From Neoechinorhynchus agilis (taxonomy: Eukaryota; Animalia; Acanthocephala): DNA of 64,000 bases. Shown in pieces: positions 62,552-64,000 of this stretch. The DNA is taken from NCBI GenBank assembly GCA_051530055.1, contig CM121341.1, positions 7,914,784 to 7,978,783 of the forward strand, written 5' to 3'. Position 1 is the stretch's first letter. The number at the start of each line of letters is the position of its first letter. Below the pieces are notes generated by a model. It had not been told where the DNA came from and did not search any database. It saw only the letters and a list, made by a program, of their open reading frames with translations. The translations under genes and the position numbers were made by a program.

Positions 62552-63151
62552 ATGATCGACGTTCTAAACATTGCTTATTATTTGCTATTTGCAACATCCG
62601 CTTATTGGTTAATCACGGACTTCGGAATGGTCATGGCTTATGCGCTTCTAGACTTAAGCCCTGACCTCAGTTCCTTGTTCCGCTTTGGGAAATCACGAGC
62701 GCACTTGGAAGGAGCAAAATGGATCGATCAATTTAAAGGGATGATCGTAAGCAAACGATACTTTTTTCTTTTTTATATTGTCGGTATAATAGCCGCTCTT
62801 GCGTTTTTGGCGACCTCAAAACATCTGAACGTCATCCCATTGAGCTATTATTTACTATTGGCTCATATCGTCCATCGGTTATTCGAAACCCAATACTTGA
62901 GATCTCAACGCTGTTCGAAATCCGAGATGAGCTTTCTACACCTTATCTACGGTCTTACATTCTATCCAATCGCATTTGCAACCATTTATTCTTACCATGC
63001 CATCCACTTTGTTCAATATGAACACTCGCTGAAAACGATCGTTATTGTGATGTCGCTCTTTTTCATAACTTCACATGAACAATTTCGATGTCATGAGATA
63101 GTGCACGGATCAACGAATCGTTGGGAAAATGAACGTCAATCAATAACGTAA
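62552..63151 (+). CDS. SRD5A3: Polyprenol reductase (SRD5A3/DFG10 family), 5' part; 3' exon(s) not in window
   Basis: LFRFGK, VSKRYFFLFYIVG, HIVHRLFET, MSFLHLIYGLTFY, EQFRCHEI; the conserved C-terminal region is missing. Confidence 0.85.
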   Translation: MIDVLNIAYYLLFATSAYWLITDFGMVMAYALLDLSPDLSSLFRFGKSRAHLEGAKWIDQFKGMIVSKRYFFLFYIVGIIAALAFLATSKHLNVIPLSYYLLLAHIVHRLFETQYLRSQRCSKSEMSFLHLIYGLTFYPIAFATIYSYHAIHFVQYEHSLKTIVIVMSLFFITSHEQFRCHEIVHGSTNRWENERQSIT

Positions 63152-64000
63152 AGATCCTCTCTTTTTTGAATATCTCCCTAAAATTTATTTGCAAAAAAAC
63201 ATTCGTAAAAGCGGGTTTTGGTGGCTATTTCATTGGAAAAAAGAAGACTATTCCGTTGGGAAAATTACAGTCAATCAATAATGTAAAGATAGTCTTTTTT
63301 TGAATAGCTGTTTCAAATTTATTGGAAAAAGCATTCGTAAACGCGGGTTTTGGTGGCTATTTCATTTGAAAAAAGAAGACTATTCCGTTGGGAAAATTAC
63401 AGTCAATCAATAATGTAAAGATAGTCTTTTTTTGAATAGCTGTTTAAAATTTATTAGAAAAAACATTCGTAAAAGCGGGTTTTGGTGGCTATTTCATTTG
63501 AAAAAAGAGGACTATTCCGTTGGGAAAATTACAGTCAATCAATAATGTAAAGATAGTCTTTTTTTGAATAGCTGTTTCAAATTTATTAGAAAAAACATTC
63601 GTAAACGCGGGTTTTGGTGGCTATTTCATTTGAAAAAAGAAGACTATTCCGTTGGGAAAATTACAGTCAATCAATAATGTAAAGATAGTCTTTTTTTGAA
63701 TAGCTCTTTTAAATTTTTTAGAAAAAACATTCGTAAAAGCGGGTTTTGGTGGCTATTTCATTTTAAAAAAGAAGACTATTCCATTGGGGAAAATTATAGT
63801 CAATCAATAAGGTAAAGATAGTCTTTTTTTGAATAGCTGTTTCAAATTTATTGGAAAAAGCATTCGTAAAAGCGGGTTTTGGTGGCTATTTCATTTGAAA
63901 AAAGAAGACTTTTCCGTTGGGGAAATTACAGTCAATCAATAATGTAAAGATCCTTTTTTTGAATATTTCCTTTAAATTTATTTGGAAAAAAATTCATAAA
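63118..64000. repeat. Tandem array, 132-bp unit, at least 6.5 copies, running off the window
   Basis: ttccgttggg at 63251, 63383, 63515 and onward. Confidence 0.95.

Noticed and set aside
63099-63160. The 132-bp array duplicating the SRD5A3 donor site
   Set aside because: The unit resembles 63118-63155, but the true donor may be upstream at ata/gtgcac (about 63099), since family members continue CHxIL. Unresolved without cDNA.

Overview
AT-rich eukaryotic DNA, inferred to be from a compact-genome invertebrate metazoan. The evidence is a Piccolo/RIM-like PDZ-C2 gene, Polycomb chromobox genes, a peptide-type class A GPCR, and GT-AG introns mostly 44-58 nt long. Recognisable genes: tRNA-Leu(TAG); a 4-exon dual-specificity phosphatase missed by the ORF track; BUD13; EAPP; KRR1; TMEM199/VMA12-like; Piccolo/RIM-like; three Polycomb/CBX paralogues within about 10.5 kb; a dPGM-type histidine phosphatase; a GPCR; HEATR5; SRD5A3/polyprenol reductase (partial). 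Between and inside genes are LINE and CRE-like retroelement remnants, a tRNA-derived SINE with a 9-bp TSD, many short foldback elements, and eleven large tandem arrays (units 84-300 bp, about 18 kb or roughly 28% of the window), several inside introns. Most unusual signal: a recurring minimal hammerhead-ribozyme motif (CTGANGA-[extra nt]-stem II-GAAATATH) in the foldbacks, amplified ten times as a 157-bp retrozyme-like array in a HEATR5 intron. Also notable: an array that copies a real splice acceptor plus exon start five times, and an array carrying about 40 FoxO-type motifs just upstream of a Polycomb gene. All calls were made by eye; no folding, alignment or database search was run.
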